64,000 nt of DNA from Tubiluchus corallicola. Taxonomy: Eukaryota; Animalia; Priapulida. Below the pieces are notes generated by a model, which made no database searches, was not told where the DNA came from, and saw only the letters and a list, made by a program, of their open reading frames with translations. The stretch spans positions 62,001 to 126,000 of the forward strand of contig JAQGDQ010000494.1 in the NCBI GenBank assembly GCA_030141605.1, written 5' to 3'. The position numbers were made by a program, and so were the translations under genes. This document shows, in pieces, positions 63,570 to 64,000 of this stretch; position 1 is the stretch's first letter, and every line of letters starts with the position of its first letter.

Positions 63570-64000
63570 AAGGAAAAGTAAAGCATTTTTTCACTGGTAG
63601 TGAAGATGCATTGAAATTCTACAATGACAGTGTACACTATTATTTAAAGGAGAAGTACAGCATTTTTCCACTGGTAGTGAAGATGTATTGAAATTCTACA
63701 ATTACGGTGTGCACTATTATTTAAAGGAGAAGTACAACATTTTTCCACTGGTAGTGAAGATGCATTGAAATTCTACAATGACGGTGTACACTATTATTTA
63801 AAGGAGAAGTACAGCATTTTTCCACTGGTAGTGAAGATGCATTGAAATTCTACAATGACGGCGTACACTATTATTTAAAGGAGAAGTACAGCATTTTTCC
63901 ACTGGTAGTGAAGATGCATTGAAATTCTACAATGACGATGTACACTATTATTTAAAGGAAAAGTACAGCATTTTTCCACTGGTAGGGAAGATGCATTGAA
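63570..64000. repeat. 77-bp tandem repeat, at least 5.5 copies, running off the window end
   Basis: ctggtagtgaagatg recurs at 63594, 63671, 63748, 63825, 63902 and 63979 (exact 77-bp period). Confidence 0.95.

Overview
AT-rich, intron-containing animal (invertebrate-looking) genomic DNA, dense in short transposon relics and tandem repeats. It contains no rRNA, true tRNA or CRISPR features. Genes supported from sequence: (1) a minus-strand gene whose large AT-hook-containing exon runs off the left edge; (2) a single-coding-exon GT31 beta-1,3-galactosyltransferase; (3) two tandemly duplicated, two-exon Arg/Ser/Tyr-rich protamine-like genes that the ORF track misses; (4) a Bcl-2-family gene with an atypical BH1 (KWGY instead of NWGR); (5) the first coding exon of a Serrano/GAREM-type CABIT-domain gene followed by a long intron. 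The main finding is the protamine-like pair. Each has a 7-nt first coding exon, a divergent Pro-rich tail, and the same CRE-half-site + RFX X-box module at identical spacing from the ATG. A three-level nested hAT/LINE/hAT structure at 28.5-31.2 kb can be fully reconstructed from its target-site duplications. All homology calls are from motif recognition by eye; no searches were run.
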